64,000 bases of DNA, taken from Prorocentrum cordatum (lineage: Eukaryota). Location: contig CAUYUJ010000264.1 of the NCBI GenBank assembly GCA_963575745.1, forward strand, positions 1-64,000, written 5' to 3'. The position numbers and the translations under genes are program-made. The notes below the pieces were generated by a model. That model was not told where the DNA came from and did no database searches. It saw only the letters and a program-made list of their open reading frames with translations. How positions within the stretch are numbered: position 1 is the first letter of the stretch; the number at the start of each line of letters is the position of its first letter. Shown piece by piece: positions 39,196 to 52,131 of the stretch.

Positions 39196-42100
39196 AGTCG
39201 TGACAGGCAGGGAGGTCCTGGGGTGTTCTAGGCCTTGTGGGGACGGCCGGAGCTTCCTGGGGCGCGCTGGTGTCCGAGTGTCCTGATCTGTCCAGGTCCC
39301 CGTCGGCGATGCATCGCGGATGTATCGGCGATGCGGCGAGATGTTTCGACCCCATCTATTTGGACCCCATTTGGGAGGCCTCTACGTTTTCGGGGCCCTT
39401 ATCTTAAGATGCAGCTCCTATGAGGATCAGTCCAGCATCGCCGCCAGTATCTCCGTGGCCGAGAGCTGGCCTACCCTGGCTTCGCTCCTTCACTCACCCG
39501 CAAGCCATGCGGTAAAGACGCTCAAAGAAGGGCCATGTCGGGTTCAGGGGGGCGTCTGGTTTTCGGGCGCCCACGAGAAACCTCGTCGGGGCCTGAGACG
39601 AGGGCCACAGGGAAGATGCCAGGGACAGTTAGTGCTTCGAAGCCGCGACTGAGCGGCGAACTTCCAGCTTACTTCCGCCTGACCCCGTTGAATTCCGACG
39701 AGTCCCGCTCCATCGGACTTGCTCCCAGGCTTCATCGGGCTGCTGGTTTAATCTGGTTCCATGGCTTCGTACTCGGGCACAGTCTCCTTCAACTGTTCCC
39801 ACCAGGACCTCCCATGCAGGAGTTGCCTCCTGACCGATCCCCTCCCCCCCCCCCTCCGTGGGCCCTCAGCCCTCTTTGTCCTGCCCTTCCAGGGGGTGTA
39901 GGGGGCTCGGCGGCTGCCCTGCACCCCTTGGACACGGCGTTGGCGCTCATTGCCCGCGTGCCTCCACGGAGGGGCAGGGACGATGAGGAGGAGGAGGGAG
40001 AGGAGGCGGAGGCGGAGGCGGAAGTGGAGGAGGAGCAGAAGGAGGAGGAGGAGGAGGAGGAGGAGGAGGAGAAGTAGAAGGATGAGGAGGAGGAGGAGGA
40101 GGAGGAGGAGGAGGAGGAGGAGGAGGAGGGGGAGGAGGAGGAGGAGGAGGAGGAGGGGGAGGAGGAGGAGGAGAGGAGGAGCGCAGAGGTGCCGCACCAG
40201 GAGCAGCAGGAGAGGGAAGAGGGGCATGAGGACGGTGGGAGGAAGGGAGAGGAGGGGGACGGGGGGGGGGGGGGGGGCGAGGAGGAGGACGAGGAGGAGG
40301 AGGAGGACGATGACATGGTGGATCCATAATCGCTGCTGGACGTGGCGACCTTGAGCCCGCTGCGGCGACAGGGTCAGGCTCCGTAATCGTCGGGAGGGAG
40401 TGTGGGGTCGGGTGGCGTGTCGGCCTACGGCTTCCAGGTTGCTCCTCCTCTCATCTATTTTGATGTGGGCGGTCTGCATTGGTTCGATGACTCCACCTCA
40501 GTGGTAATTTTCATCCCTGAGTTCAAGAGCCTTCAGCATGCGGACCCGAATCTCCTTGAAGGTTGTTGAGGAGTTCTGTGCTCCAGCGCCCGTCGTGACA
40601 AGCGAAGGATTCCGTCGAGGTAGTCTCCATCGTCTCCATAGCCTCGTCGTCCTTCTCCTTGTCCGTTCCCCTCCTTGGTTGTTGTTATTCTCTTTCGTCT
40701 TCGTCGTTGTCCCAGAAGACAAACACAAACCTCACATCAGTTGTAGCATTCCCCATCTAGAGTTGACCTCGGGGACTTCCTGAAGGCCGCTTGGAGCCTT
40801 CTTGGGGATCTCTTGTGGAGCTCTTGGGGCTCTATTGGGGTCCCTTTGGGGGCCTTCGGGTGTCGAAGGATAATCTTGTAGACCAGTTACCAACCAGGGG
40901 ATGCTTCAATGAGCGCTCCCAGGGGTGGTCAGCTTGTCCCCATCTGTTGCCTCTCTGGTGATATTTTGTACAATGAAGGTGCTGAGGACCACTTGGGGCG
41001 CTCCTGGGAAAGTCTAGTATTCGGGTAGTTCCTTCGATTTCGGTCGGGGAACCTATTCGTTGCCGAGGCGCTCCTTTGCCAGCAAAGCTCCTTCGTTCCT
41101 CACTTCGCGTTCCTTGTGGTAGCACGAAGGCTATAGAGCTTTGGGGCCCCCTTGGCGCCCGTGTGGTCCTCCCACGGGCCGATCTTGGGTTACCTCCGGT
41201 GGGCAATCCCGACGCCTCAGACACAACCGATCACCGAATAGTGTTTTACAAGGTTTTTCCCCATCGGGTGCATCCTCTGGAGGCTCAGTGGCCACCTCGA
41301 GCTCTCTTTGAGCCACGTTGGGCTGCTGTGGGAATCCAGCGGCGTGCCGGCCTGGAATGCCTTTTCGCTATCTTGGGGGGCCATCCTGCGCTGTCGTGGC
41401 TTCGTGGAGACATCTTGGGCGCCCCAGCTCTCTTCAGGAGGGAAAAAACATACAGACACAATCCATCGGCGATTCCCAGGAACATATTGGAACATATGGG
41501 AAGTGGGGAGATGACGAAAACCCAGAAACTAGGGGAACATATGGGGCATCCTGTTGTTTGTGTCTAGCTGTTTGTTGGTCCCAGGGCTCCTTCAATCACG
41601 GCACCACGAGTTCTGTCACTTCTGCTTGTGGAGCGTCAGAGAGCCTCAAGCGAGAACCCAACCCCGAGAGAACGAGCCGCCCTCCCTCCGTGCGGCGGCA
41701 TGCCGGTGGGTGTGAGCTCTGAGTCGGTATCCAGCGGTGGCTTCAGCTTGACACGTCATTGCCCTCCATCCTTCACCGGAGACACAAATACCACTACCAC
41801 CAGCTAGGGGGAGTGGCTGTCCCGCCCTCTCGAGCTGGTGGCACCTCGTTCCAGGCATGCCTCCAGAGAGATCCCGGAAGGAGGTACCACCAGCTCGAGG
41901 GGAGGGAGCGGCTACCCCACTAGCTGGTGGTAGTGGTACTTGTGTCTCTCCTGAATCCTAGGGCCCCTTCATCTCTAGGTCCAGGTCACCCGTGGGGGCG
42001 CGAGGAGGATCGTGCTGTGCGCGTCGCCGCTGGGGCCGCGTGCGGCTGCTCGTCCTCCCGGGAGGGCGGCGCGGCGGCGCGGGGCGGCGCGAGGGTGGTC

Positions 42101-44225
42101 GCGCGCCTCGCGCGCTCCGGGGGGGCGCGAGATTCGCGCAGCTGGGCGGCCCAGAAGTCTTCGCAGCCTTTCCGCCCGGGCCCCTGGGGAGACCGTGCCC
42201 AGACACGGTCGGGAGCCTTTTGAGTTTTTCCATGAGTGAGAACTCAGATAATTTCTTGGCAGAGTAGCTGTGTAACGGCACAATGAAAATGTCACGGAGT
42301 ACTTCTTGGAGGTTGTGAACATGTCAAACGGTCAGAAGGAAAAGTTGTATGCCTGAAGTGATCCAGACAGTGCTCGTGTCTTGAGAGACGGGGGTCAATG
42401 CCAACGGGGGTCAGCCAGAGCGCCCGGTCTTGCAGGATCCTGCAGGGCCAGGGCCGTACTGGCCCGGGTTTGGGTGCAGGATCCCGCAGGATCCTTCGCG
42501 CTGACCCGGGTTTGGCTGCAGGATCTTGCAGGATTCTGCGAGGCCTGACTGACCCGGGTCTGGATTGACCCGGGTCAGAAGATCCCCGACGCGGGAGAGG
42601 GTGAGGGGCGAACCCCTCTTCGACGTGGAGCAAGGAGGTTGGGGGAGGCAGGATCCCCCAAACCACACAGGCCCGTGGTGCTGCTGGCAGATCCCCCCCT
42701 CTCTGGCTCCTGGCCCGCGCTCCGATTCTTGCCGTCTTGGCCCTCGCCCTCGTCCTCGTCGCCTCCCTCGTCCTTTGTCGCCCTCCCCGCGCCGGAGATT
42801 TCTGGAGGTCCAGAGTTCCCGAGGTCCCTGGAGGTGTTCGAGGTCCCCGCGGAGGCCTTTGGACTCGGACCGCATCCAGATTCCCCCGAAGGCCAAGCAA
42901 AAGCAAACAATACAGAGAAGAAACCCTAACCCTCCACCCCCTCCCAGGGACCCACGCGGTTGTTCGACGTGGGTCCAGTTCCATCGATCGTTTTCATTGA
43001 TGGCCCCGATCCCACAGACAGCCTCTCGAGGCGCAACCTTGCGAGAAGCCCCGTGGTCTTGTTCCCCACCCGAAAGGTTGGGATTGTTAGGTTTGCAGAC
43101 AAGGATTCCGGACCCGCCTCGCACACCCTGCATACGGCCGACGAAAGGCCCAAAGTGTGCCATTGTTCCTTGGGAAGTTATCCCGCCTCGCGTTCTGGGG
43201 TGGGCATCGCTCGAAGCAAGCTAACGTTTAACGCGTTGGATGCCCGTGTCCTCCTGGACTCGAGAGCGTCGCCCTGATCCTCGAGTCCTCGCCCCCCTGT
43301 GTCGCCGTCCGAGGCCCCAGGCGGGCGTCGCGGGCTGATTCAGCAACGTCCTCGATAGAGATACTCAAGCAGGAGGGTGGCGCCGACGGTCGCCAGAGGA
43401 CCTCCGCCCGAGGCTCCCCGACGACAAACGACGGCGGCGTCAGCGGCGACGACGTGGTCGTTTGGACTGTTGTCGTAATAGAAGGATCCTGCAAGGTTTC
43501 CCATCGCCACTGCCAGACGCAGTTTGAGAATCGTGCTAGGATCGACCCCTGGAATGGGCCCAAAAGCGGTTTAGGTCGGGTTCGGCGGACGCGACGGCGA
43601 TGACGACGGTGGCGGTGACGACGACGGTGGCGGCGACGACGGCGGTGAGGAGGAGGAGCAAGAGGAGGAGGGGGAGGCCGACGACGAGTTGAGGCGATTC
43701 ACGGAGCAAAGGATGTATGTTGGTGTTACTCACGGACTTAAATGGGTGATTGAATAGCAGGATCCCTTGGGTTTCCGCCGCTCGGCTTGACCGCCTCGCA
43801 CTGAGTTTATCTGTGGCACCGTGAGTCTAGGGGACGGACCACTTGGTCCACGAGCGTATGTATTAAATCCAATTTCCCTACCCCACCAGCCAGGTGGACC
43901 AGCCCAACCATCCACACGCGCGCCAGCCAAACCCAGCCAGCCCGTCTGCCCCCGCCGCCTTTTCTTCCGTGACCACCGAGGGGGGAGAAGTGCCACTTGC
44001 GGACGGAAGCGGTTATGACACCTCCTTTGTTGCTAGGCGCGGCAGCCAGGGGATTCCGAATCGCGCAGCAAAGCGGCGGGGCCGCCCCCCATTGCCGCCA
44101 CTTAGCGGACGGTCGGTGTGATGCCGTCGTCATTTCTTTGTCACCTCTCCCACTCTCCCGACGGAGACGGCTCCCACTGTCAACACCGTCGTCTGGTTCG
44201 GGCCGCCAGGCTTCACAGAGGGCAT
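35468..44225 (-). CDS. Spliced gene (10 predicted exons, ~302 aa): low-complexity P/S/T/A/G/R-rich hypothetical protein
   Basis: Exons: 44225-44145, 43488-43402, 42856-42773, 42183-42028, 40349-40325, 39961-39927, 38993-38950, 38490-38326, 36304-36185, 35579-35468. All have AG acceptors and G-N donors, and they sum to a 909-nt open frame MPSVKPGG...GCEDFWAAQLRES...HLFVEEDDDDEAPWFADRIRT-stop. No domain was recognised, and alternative frames are also open in some exons. Confidence 0.45.
38491..38688. mobile_element. TIR element with a 6-bp TSD; its end supplies the predicted splice acceptor of a gene-2 exon
   Basis: TIRs CTGAAGTCGGGCCTGTCCCCCATACAGGGG and CCCCTGTAGGGGGACAGGCCCGAGTTCAG; AGTGGC on both flanks. 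Confidence 0.75.
41772..41955. mobile_element. Palindromic MITE-like element with ~75-bp arms
   Basis: GAGACACAAATACCACTACCACCAGCTAG...CTCGAGCTGGTGG / CCACCAGCTCGAG...CTAGCTGGTGGTAGTGGTACTTGTGTCTC. Confidence 0.75.
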
Positions 44226-44459
44226 GGCAGGTGCAACCGGGGGATGCCAGATCGCACGTCACTCTGGTGGGGACCGCCCCCGGGGCGGGCGCACACAGGG
44301 CGGGGGCCCGAACGCGACACGGTCTTCGCGTGTCACGCTGCCCTACTCGGGACGTGTTCGGTGCACGGGCGAGTGCGGCTCGGGCAGCCGTCGGGGCGAG
44401 CGCAGTTCGAGCTTGCTTCTGTGGTAAGACCGGCACAAACCTCCGTGTCAGGACGACGA

Positions 44460-44516
44460 AGGAGGAGAAGGAGGAGGAGGAGGAGGATGAGGAGGAGGAG
44501 GAGAAGTAGGAGGAGC

Positions 44517-44583
<67 letters not shown>

Positions 44584-45110
44584 GGAGGGAGGAGGAGGAG
44601 GAGGAGGAGGAGGAGGAGGAGAGGAGGAGGAGGAGGAGGAGGAGGAGGACGGAGGAGGAGGACGGAGGAGGACGGAGGAGGAGGAGGAGGAGGAGGGGAC
44701 GGGAGGGGAGGAGGAGGAGGAGGAGGAGGAGGAGGAGGAGGAGGAGGAGGAGGAGGAGGAGGAGGAGGAGGAGGGAGGAGGAGGGAGGAGGGAGGAGGAG
44801 AGGAGGAGGAGGAGGAGGAGGAGGAGGAGGAGGAGAAGGAGGAGGAGGAGGAGGAGGAGGAGGAGGAGGAGGAGGAGGAGGAGGAGGAGGAGGAGGAGGA
44901 GGAGGAGGAGGAGGAGGAGGAGGAGGAGGAGGAGGAGGAGGAGGAGGAGGAGGAGGAGGAGGAGGAGGAGGAGGACGGAGGAGGAGGAGGAGGAGGGAGG
45001 AGGAGGAGGGAGGGAGGAGGAGCAGGAGGAGGAGGAGGAGGAGGAGGAGGAGGAGTTGGAGGAGAAGGAGGAGGAGGAGGAGGAGGAGGAGGAGGAGGAG
45101 GAGTTGGAGG
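44460..45110. repeat. (GAG)n/(GAT)n microsatellite
   Basis: Read directly from the sequence. Confidence 0.95.
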
Positions 45111-45477
45111 ACATGTCCACGCTCCCGGCGAAGCAGTCCCATCTTCGACCCCGTCTTCAGTATTTAGGTCCCCAGCAGATGCCCGAGAGGGCCTCAGCGG
45201 AGCGGCCGGGGGAGGCCAAGTCGGACGTCAACAAGGGGGACACCCACCCCTGGATTGGCGCATTCGGAACTGTTGGGGCCCCCGAGGTCGATCGTCACTT
45301 TCCAGCTTCACGGCGATCGCTCCCTTGGCGGACGAGTCTCCCGTCCAAGATTATGTCGTCTCGTTTTGAGCCCCTTGTGGGGATTCTTAGATCGTCCAGC
45401 GGGACGGCTGGGGGAGGCCACATCACAGGACAGTGGAGGGACCGGCCCATTTGGTGGGCGCCCTCGGGTCAATCGAG

Positions 45478-45494
45478 GATGAGGACGAGGTTGT

Positions 45495-45532
<38 letters not shown>

Positions 45533-45956
45533 CTGATGATGATGATGATGATGTTGATGCTGATGCTGATTTTTATGATGATGTTGATGATGCTGATGAT
45601 GATCATGATGATGACGATGATGATGATGACGATGATGATGACGATTATGATGACGATGCTGATTATGATGGTGGTGGTGATGATGATAATGATGATGATG
45701 ATGATGATGCTGATGGTGATGCTGATGATGAGGATGATGATGATGGTGATGATGATGATGAGGTTGATGATGATGATGATGCTGATGATGATGGCGATGA
45801 CGATGATGACGATGATGATGACGATTATGATGACGATGATGATGAGGATTATGATGACGATGCTGATTATGATGGTGGTGGTGATGATGATGTTGATGAT
45901 GATGATGCTACTTATGATGATGATGCTGATGATGAGGATGATGATGATGATGGTGG

Positions 45957-45990
<34 letters not shown>

Positions 45991-46082
45991 AAGGTTGATG
46001 ATGATGCTGATGATGATGAGGAGGAGGAGGAGGAGGAAGAAGAAGAGGGGGAGGTGGAGGAGGAGGAGGAGGAGGAGGAGGA
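45478..46082. repeat. Compound (GAT)n-(GAG)n microsatellite
   Basis: Read directly from the sequence; includes an internal duplicated degenerate block. Confidence 0.95.
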
Positions 46083-49000
46083 TAACGGAGACAAGGAGTG
46101 TAATGGTTAGCATTGTTGTTATATTGTTCACGCTTCGCGAATCCCAGCCAGCCCATTCAGGAGCCCCCTGTCCACGAGAGCTGACGGGACTTGGAAAGCA
46201 GAGACGCATATAGTGAAACATATCGGTCACAGAGAACGTGTTGAGCCATGTTGAAGGCTATGTTGGATCATCGGGGCTATGGGGCTTTTGGGGGGCGTCT
46301 TGGGGTCCTTGGGGCCCTCTTGGGGCTCTCTTGGGGCTCTCCTGCGAGCTTCGGAGGGCCTCCTGGGGCTATCTTGGAGGCCATCGGTCATAAGGAGGGG
46401 GTCCCTAGCCCCCCCCTTAAGAGCCCTCGAAATCGCCTCTGCGGGCCCTCTTGGGGCGTTCTTGTGGCGATCTTGGGCGCTCTTGGGGCCGTCTTGGGGG
46501 CCTCTTGGGCCCCTCTTGGAGCTCTCTTGGGCCATTTGGGACCATCTTGAGGCCTCACAAACGCATCGGAAGCGAAGAGGTGTGCATGCCAAACCCATCG
46601 ATATCCCTCAGGCTTTGAAGGATTCTGGCTTCTCGGGGAGGTCCTGAGGGGTCTCACAATTCAATTGGATCCATAGTATGGTCCTCTTGGGGCCTCTTGG
46701 AGGCATGCTGCTAGCTAGATTGAGCCATGTTGGGCTAACTTCAGCGATCTTGGAGGCCATCTTGGGCTTTCTGGAGCCATCTTGGGCTAAAAAGGATCTT
46801 CTCACACCTCGCGATCCCCCCCCCGTCCAGGTCCAGGGGAGGGGGTAGGGGGAGGGGTCAAGCTTGCACCCGCCCGCAAGCCGTCTTGCTCACTCAGACC
46901 CACCCTCAGCACATCACGTAAGAACAACGCAGTCGCCACGGGTTCCATATGTACCAGACCTTGGAGGCCAAAGCGTGCCAGGCGCGCCAGTTGCGGCACG
47001 TGCTCCACGTGCGCCCAGTACTCCACGTGCTCCAGCCGCGCCAGGTGCCCCAGCCACTGGGCACCAATAGGGGCTCTTGGGCCCGGCTTTGAGCTTCCTT
47101 GGCCAATTTTGGAGCCATGTGGAGGTCCGAAACCACATCGGAAACGTTAAGGCTAAAAGGCCGCAGCCACTGATGTGTCAAACCAGTCGGTCGACCACCT
47201 GCGCCCAGAACGCAGCTGGGATCTGCTGGCACCGCAGCCGTCCCTGTAAAGAACCAGTGCAAAATGCTCGCGGGGCGGCCGCGCATGCTCCAAATGGGAA
47301 GGCAGAGTTCGCTTTGTATGGTTTTTGACTGGGGCGGGTGGCCCTCATAAGGGGTCGTCGAGGTTCCAGGTTGGCCGCTGGCCGGGTGGGGGAGGGGGTG
47401 TATATTAATAAGGAGCAGTGATAACCCCTTCCCCCAAGGGGAAGAGGGGCTCTTGGCAGAGGGAAGAAAGGTATCGTTTGATCGCCTGCGCCCAGAAGGC
47501 TGGCGGGATTATTGCAGCAGGTTCCTAACGGGATGCCTTGCAGTCGTTATGGCCTCTCACTTCGGGCTACCAATACGTGCGATGTAGCCTTTGCGATTCT
47601 AGCTTCATGTGTATGCCAACTTTGTTTGGGAACGTCCATCCGTCGCGTATGGTATAGTGCTCGTGTCTTGGACTGTTCGACGGCGGCGGGTGCTGGCACA
47701 GAGAACACGGCCGAGTTGATTGTGGCCATCGGAAGTGCACAGCTCATGCTGATCCAACAAGGCAAACGACCCATCGTCATGGTTGGCATGGGCCCGACTG
47801 CAACATCTTCGGCAAACGTCGAGAGCGAAGCGGGACACGCAGTAGCTTCTCCGCTGAAGTCTCACCGGCCAGGCCGTAGCGGACGGTAATGTGTATTTGC
47901 GTTACGTTGACGTATCAAACGCGTAATTCGTATTTACGGTACGTTTGAACGGTATTTACGGACGGACACGTTGATTGCAGGCCAAGTCACATGTGGACAA
48001 GCTAGTTTCGAGCTTAGTGGATGGGGCGGCGTCCTGTGTTGACCACACGATTGCCAGCACCCGTAGGCTGTAGTCATGCACCGTAGCATGGAAGCATCCC
48101 TGATGCATTCTTTGTAGATGCCGATTCGCGCAAGATCATTTAGGAGGAGTTGGGAATGACTTGCGCCTGCGCTCGCATCATTGGAAGTCCTCGCGGGCCC
48201 TGGTGGTCCTGCGACGGAGGTGTCAGGAGGATCTTTCTGAGAGGCCCCGCCGCATATGATAGCCGCATATGGCGCCCCGCTAGGTACGGTGCATAATGTT
48301 TGTGTTCTCTGGCGGGCGAACACTATGCACCTTACCGCGCCTGGTTTTCATCGACGGCCTCAGAGTCTGTTGTCGAGTTCTCTCGTCGACCCATTTGGGT
48401 CGAAAGTTCGGCGCGCGCATCTTCACTGGGCTTGCAAGTGGGGGGCGCGCCAGCGCAATCGGCACTCGACGACGCCAGGGGGCCCTTTGAAATTTCGAGG
48501 CTCGGTGCGGTGATCAATTATCATCCGCGCACAGCTGTTTGCACCTGGAGATTCCGGGAGTGGCGCGCGCGTTTCTGCGCTGTTCCAGCGGAGCGCTTCC
48601 CGCGGACGCCGGGTTGCTGGTAAGATTTGGGTAGACAGCGCGTTCGTTTTGGCACCGGGCACTATATGTGCAGCGGTGGACATGCATGTCAGAGCCGATC
48701 AGCATGTGTTCTCCGGGGCTGGGTTTCAATGGCACAGGCGCGTCGCGCTGCAATTGTCGCCCCGCCGACGGGGCGAGGGTCCTGAACAGAGCTGTAGTCG
48801 AACGCATGGATGCGGTAACTCGGTGGAGTATCGCGCGCAGGGGATGCCGCGGACGACCTTTTGTTCCATGGGTTCTTGGGAAAAGGGACCATTCATCGCG
48901 CGCGTGTCTGACGCCAATTCGATTCAGAGCACGCGTATACTTGACTCGACGTTGGTTGCATTCGCGCCGATGGCCTGGACTGATCGCTGGCTCTTTTGGC

Positions 49001-51194
49001 GCACCTGGCCCCTAGCTGACCAACAAGACAAGGGTTGGATAGTGCGGCGTTTCGGCTGGCACCCCACGTGAAGCTGAAGTACAATGCAGGGCACAAAGTG
49101 TTTAATATGGGGGGCAGTTCGACCGATGATCCGCGAATGTTGATGTAACGCAGGTACGTTCTGGAATATGGGAATTGGCATTAGCGAATGTGCGGAACTC
49201 CGCGCCACGGCAACAGCGCCCAGGGCGCGATGATTGGATCGTGACCACCGCGTGCGGGAAATTGTCTGGATTTTCCATCACAGCTCAAGCAGAACATCGG
49301 CATGCTGCGCCCGCGCAGGCGGCGCCAGCAAACACTTTTTTTCACGTGGGATTGAGGTGGGGAGCGCAGTGGTTGAAATGCTTCTACGCGTTGCGATGTA
49401 AAGACGAGTGGCCGCCAGCGATAATCGAATTCGGTCGTCGCGCGCTCGCGTTCCAAGATGTGCCCCTCACTTGTGAACGTGGTCGTGGTGGTCTTGGTGA
49501 CCCTTCGAGCAGAGTGTCCCGAGCATGCTGGCCAGGGGAAACACATCATCTCTTGGAATGTGTCATTCATGCCAGACGCTGGTGCGCTTGGGGGCCGCGG
49601 GGTCTGCCAGCCAGGTGCGTCGCGCAGTTTCAATTTCCCGTGATCGCTCTGACGTAGGCTGAGCCTGTAAACGGATTAGCGGGACAAGTCGGAAGGATGT
49701 AGTGAATCTCTTGGGGCAGAGTGTGACCTCGTCTTGATTTGCTCTGCAGGCGGTATGTGTGGCTGCTGTTGCAAATGAGTTGATCGTAATCCCGCGGTCT
49801 CAACGCGCCAGGATTGTCGAATCTTGCGCTGTGCATTGCTGGAATTTGCATATGGCGATTCTGATTGCATATAGGTTGTATCCTGCGTGACCTCGTGTGT
49901 GAGCCTGAACACACCAAGGCACTGGCACCGCAAGCGCAAACGCGGACGCCCGAAGTTACAGTGGGCAACATGCGTTGTCCCATATGCATTATGATTGTGT
50001 CCGTTTCTTCTCTTCCCTGCTCGCGTCCTCGCCCCTTTTTTTCGCACATTCTCCGGAGCGTAATGATAAGAGTCATTTGCCTTGCCTACGCGCCGTTTGG
50101 GTGCCTGGCTTCCCCGCATGTGTCGTTTGGGCGCGCAACGGCGGTATGGCGTTTGATACCCAGGTGCCGCACGCCGGCCGTTGTTGCCTCACATCGCGCA
50201 GGGCCCACCTGCGGAGTTCAGTGCGGATGCTGTGGCTGCAATCGAGGAACGCATTGGCAACCTGCGGCCTCTGTGCCGGGCAGAGGTTGCAGCGTCGGCA
50301 TTTTGTTCCCGACCGTTTGGAGAACGTGTCCGCGCGGTGGTTCTTGGCGTTTTGTAGGACAGCACGCGCGAGCCAACGGTTCTTATGTGCACACCAGCCC
50401 GAGCGAGGCGATGTCTGGAGACAGATCATTGCAAAACGAACGCGTTTTGTATAGTATCCAAAATCGTTTTTTATTCTGGCGCGTGGTTTGGCCCCACAGG
50501 ACTTTTGGGGCTCACGGTGTACCATGGGGACCCTTGGATCTCCTCGAAGTCCCCAAATCTTCCTGGAGCCGCTTCTGGCTTCCTCAGTGCCCAGAGCTTC
50601 CACGAGGATGAAAGGAAAAGGGGGGGGGAGAAGAACGATGAGGAGGAGGAATATCACAAGGAGTTGGAGGAGGAAGAGGAGGTATATGAGGAGGCGCCGG
50701 AGGAGGTGGAGTGGAGGAGGATGCACATGATGATGAGGTTGTAGACGGTGAAGGCATTGAGAAGGGCGGAGGGAGGGGGGGACGAATTTGATAGGAGGAT
50801 GTGGCGGTGGAGGCTGTGGGGGATCAGAATGGGAAGCATGAGGGCGTCGACGGGGATGAGAAAACGAAGGGGAAGAGGGAAACGAGGGAGAGCACGACGA
50901 GGGACAAGCAGCAGGCAACAGAAGGGCGACGAAGAGGAAGTTGTGGACGAGGCACAAGGCAACACCGAGGCGGGGGAGGCAACGGGAATGGTGGGAATGC
51001 AGCACGAGGAACATAACGAGCAGGGAAGGGGAGGAGGAGGAGGAGGAGGCGGAGAAACATGAGTAATGATGCGAATCGGCGATAGGGCCATGAGTGGACA
51101 ACACAACATTCCAAATAACCACAGCGGCCGCGTGGGGGGAGCGTTCGGAGATATGTTGACGTGGTGTGTATTCCGTTCGAGCGAGAAGGGCGTG

Positions 51195-51385
51195 TGATGA
51201 TGAAGTTGATGATATTGATGATGGTGATGTTGATGATGATCTTGATGCTGATGCTGATGTTGATGCTGATACTGATGCTGATGCTGTTGCTGATGCTGAT
51301 GCTGATGATTGTGGTGATGATGATGTTGATGATGATGAGGAGGAGGAGGAGGAGGAGGAGGAGGAGGAGGAGGAGAAGGGAGGAG
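51195..51385. repeat. Compound (GAT)n-(GAG)n microsatellite
   Basis: Read directly from the sequence. Confidence 0.9.
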
Positions 51386-51859
51386 GATGGAGGAAGGCAA
51401 GGGCGAGGGGGGAAAACGAGCAGCGAGGATGGCGCGGCGTGTGGCGCTCAGGGCAGCATCCCTCCGAGAGGGGGTTGGAGGAGAGGGGTGGTGGAAATAA
51501 TGATAATCAATGGTCAGGAGGATGTGGAGGAGAATGTGGATGAGAAGAAGGTGGATGGAGAGAGGGGGGGAGGAGGAGCAAGCGAGCGAGCATAGAGCAG
51601 GAAGCCGTCCGAAAACAGAACCCGGACTATTCCAGAAAGAGGATAGGCGAGACAAGCTCCCCTGGGCAGCAGAGGCAGCGACTAGAGTGCAAGTGTTCTC
51701 CCCCCTTCGCTGGGCGAGTCTACGACAGCCTCAAGCTCCCTCCTGCCACACTCCTGCACGTCGACGGGTGAGCTTGCAGGGGCAGATGCTGGGGACGTGG
51801 CACGGGCACCTCCCCGAGGTACAGTGCCTCGCCTGCCCAGTACAGCACCCCCTTCCCTG

Positions 51860-52040
51860 GAGGACTGCTTCTCGCCAGTGACTGGGTGCCTTCCTTCGAC
51901 CAGCCAGTTACGCGTGCGACGTCTGGCAGATTTGGGCGGCTTCCTAGGGCATGGGACCTCGAGGGCCCCGACTCGGGTAGACCCGATGGCCTCTCGGGCC
52001 CCACAGAGCCCGCAAAAAACAAAAACTTCCAGCACGGTGG
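51860..52040 (-). mobile_element. Extreme 3' end of a related non-LTR retrotransposon
   Basis: FCGLCGA...LEVPC...LVEGRHPVTG parallels CRKC...LLDARHPVSG at the end of the 12.5-kb element. Confidence 0.55.
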
Positions 52041-52131
52041 AGGCGATGGCCGTCGCATTCGAAGACATACCCGTCCGCCTCCAAACCCCATGGCAGCAGC
52101 AGCAGCAGCAGCGGCAAGGACAGCCTCACCC

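Noticed and set aside
39427..39470. Possible - strand terminal exon QLSATEILAAMLD-stop
   Set aside because: It is phase-incompatible with the adjacent 39961-39927 exon and would truncate the otherwise continuous gene-2 model. An alternative last exon cannot be excluded without cDNA.
43807..46230. Long ORFs of 225-437 aa (poly-M/D/E/S/P/L)
   Set aside because: They are translations of (GAG)n and (GAT)n microsatellites. The same applies to 2232-3392 and 50654-51655, and to other repeat-derived ORFs such as 19519-20880 and 27817-29412.
48820..48870. VEYRAQGMP resembling the Helitron Rep motif EFQxRGxPHxH
   Set aside because: The HxH residues are missing, and I found no YxxKY motif or helicase motifs nearby.
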